DNA of 64,000 nucleotides, taken from Mobula hypostoma (lineage: Eukaryota). The notes under the pieces are model-generated. The model had not been told where the DNA came from. It ran no database searches and saw nothing but the letters and a program-made list of their open reading frames with translations. The stretch covers positions 101,062,001 through 101,126,000 of the forward strand of contig NC_086107.1 in the NCBI RefSeq assembly GCF_963921235.1, in the 5' to 3' direction. Position numbers and translations under genes: made by a program. Below are positions 61,580 through 64,000 of this stretch, one piece after another (position 1 is the first letter of the stretch; every line of letters starts with the position of its first letter).

Positions 61580-61814
61580 GTGAGTCTGTCCAAAGTTTAA
61601 AAAGTTGTTTTGAATGGGAGAGAGTGTGGTGTCGTTCTGTTTTGGGAGCATCGGACCCTGCAGCTGTTATGGCAGCTCCGTGCAGGAGAAGGTTTTCCCT
61701 GTAGCCGTGTTTGAGAGAGATTACTCAACGCTCAGGAAACAAATTGGAAGATCGTGGTTTACTTTTCTGGTTTGTGTGGTGGGTGTTCACGTATACTATC
61801 ACTCCAGATCTCAC

Positions 61815-62248
61815 TTCCCCGTCCTTCACTCTATCTTCACCCTCTCTCTCTCACACACACACACAGTTTTCTTACTTTTTTACTTCACTTTTGCTCTCTC
61901 TCTCTCTCACCTTTGCTCACTTCCTGTGTTCTTTTTTGTACACACACACTCCTCCTTCACTCTTCCTCTTCCTCACTCTCTCTCTCCCTCCGTACCCTCT
62001 TCCATTATCTCTCTCATTTGCAGTGTCTCTCTCCCCTTGCTCTTTCATTCCCCATTCTCTCTCATTTCCTCTCCCTTTCTGTCTCATTCTCGCTCTCTCA
62101 CTTGCTGTCTCTCTCTCTTTCTCGCTATCTGCCTGTCAGTACTCTCTTCCATTACCTCCCACTCTTCTCATTTCAGTGTCTCTCTCCCCTTGCTCTCTCA
62201 TTTTCTTTTCCTTTTCTGTCTCTCTCTCTCTCTCTCTCTGTGTCTCTC
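61815..62248. repeat. CT/CA-rich low-complexity tract
   Basis: Directly visible in the sequence. Confidence 0.9.
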
Positions 62249-62523
62249 AGTCATAGTCATACTTTACTGATCCTGGGGGAAATTGGTTTTCGTTACAGTT
62301 GCACCATAAATAATTAAATAGTAATAAAACCATAAATAACTAAATAGTAATATGTAAATTATGCCAGGAAATAAGTCCAGGACCAGCCTATTGGCTCAGG
62401 GTGTCTAACCCTCCAAGGGAGGAGATGTAAAGTTTGATGGCCACAGGCAGGAATGACTTCCTATGACGCTCTGTGTTGCATCTCGGTGGAATGAGTCTCT
62501 GGCTGAATGTACTCCTGTGCCCA
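62249..62523 (-). mobile_element. Young Rex1/Babar 3' end
   Basis: Near-identical to the reverse complement of about 50296-50570. Confidence 0.9.
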
Positions 62524-64000
62524 CTCTCTCTCTCTCACACACACTCACACTTCCTTTCTCCTCTCTCCTGCATCATTGACACGGATCAGTTTTGCAGTGT
62601 TCCTGAGCTCCGTACCTGAGACTGTAGGTGGGAGGTGTGTGGGTTTGGGGTGAGGGAAGGCCGGGCCAGCTCCGCTTAACACTTTGTTTAAGAGTGCGAC
62701 CCACTCGAAGGGTCATACAGCACATAAACAGGCCCTTTGGCCCATCTATGCTAACCCTACTTGCTCAGCTTCTGTTCCTGGTCTATTTAATCATCTGTAT
62801 GATCCCACCACCTCCACTGGCCAGGCTCTCCCCATTAAAGCAAAAATCAACCTACCCTTAGCATGGCAGTTCGACTTGGGCTGCCAACTCAACTGTGCCT
62901 TGTCCCATCCACAACTAACCCTTCCTCAGCCGTTATGGTCATGTCACTGAGCAATGCAGTACCAAATGTCTCCCCAGTACTCCAGGGTGACAAACTTCCA
63001 GGGCTGCTCATTGACAGAGCCGCTGCCTGGCAGCGTCAGAAACCCGGGTTGGATCCTGACCTCCTGAGGACGAATTTCACCCATGGTATTTAGTCCCTGA
63101 CTCACCCACTCGTGCTGTTGTGGGAGTGGGAGCCGATGCATTAACCTTGGAGGTGCTTTAAGAGAGGAATTTGTTCCTTTGGTCTTCCTGTGTCAGTGAA
63201 GGCAGGAATGGCTGTGCTGGAGCCAAGAGATCACTCAGTGCTCCAAGCTTGAAGTCAGTTCAGTCGGATCATGGGTTGCCTCTATCTCTATCTCAGTGCC
63301 AGCCCAGTGCTCCCATTCTCCTTGCCTATCAGAAGTCTACCAGTTAGCATGATGGGTTTCTGCTAAGACTTTGACGAAGACGTTGCTAAATTTCTGATGA
63401 CTCGAAGGTAGGTAGGAAAATGAGTTCGGAAAAGGACGTCATGGGACAATTACTCTCCCAAAGTAGTAAGGCTGATCAACACCTCCACTGACTAACCCAC
63501 CCCACCAGACCCCGCACCAAAACTACTTTATCATTTCCTGTCAGTGTCAGCTTATGATGAGTCGCCTTAACTCTGATACCTAGCGTCACTTTATGGACAT
63601 ACAATCTATGTACATAAGCTATCTTATGTATTTATATTTATTGTGTTCTTTATCTTACTGTGGTTTTTTTGTGCTGCATCAGATCCGGAGTGACAATTAT
63701 TTCGTCCTTCCTTCAGACTTGTGCACAGGAAATGACATTAAATAATCTTGACTCTAAAGTGAATGAGCAAACAGAGAATAACATGGGAAAATGTGAAATC
63801 ATTTTGATAGGAAGAGTACCAGAAGTTATTTAAGTGGTGACAGCTTTGAGGTACAGTTACGTAGCCTCATGCTATTACAGTGCCAGTGACCCAGGTTCAA
63901 TTCCGCTGTCTCTCCTCTTTCTCTCTCCCTGCGACTGCGTAGGTTTCCTCCGGGTGCTCAGGTTTCTGCCAACATTTCCAGGTCGTGTGGGTTAGTAGGT

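Overview
This is vertebrate genomic DNA, and its repeat content (abundant CR1 and Rex1/Babar LINE pieces, V-SINE/HE1-like SINEs, Penelope-derived hairpins) points to a cartilaginous fish, probably a ray (inference). The only complete host gene I can recognise is an intronless profilin-3 (PFN3, 10269-10682, minus strand). It has a nearby AATAAA and a promoter containing a perfect 21-bp palindrome that is both a consensus ERE and two CRE-like TGACCTCA octamers. A CpG-island promoter sits at about 33.3-33.75 kb, and candidate first exons of unidentified genes lie at about 6.6, 33.4 and 61.5 kb. The rest is mostly nested transposon fragments, several with visible target-site duplications, plus long CT-rich tracts. 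The most interesting RNA-level signals are (i) minimal type I hammerhead ribozyme motifs in the Penelope-derived repeats, including a hairpin with one motif on each strand, and (ii) a partial HDV-like fold at the 5' end of an RTE-related element. I found no convincing evidence for a wholly new protein-coding system. Repeat boundaries are estimated by eye unless a TSD is quoted.
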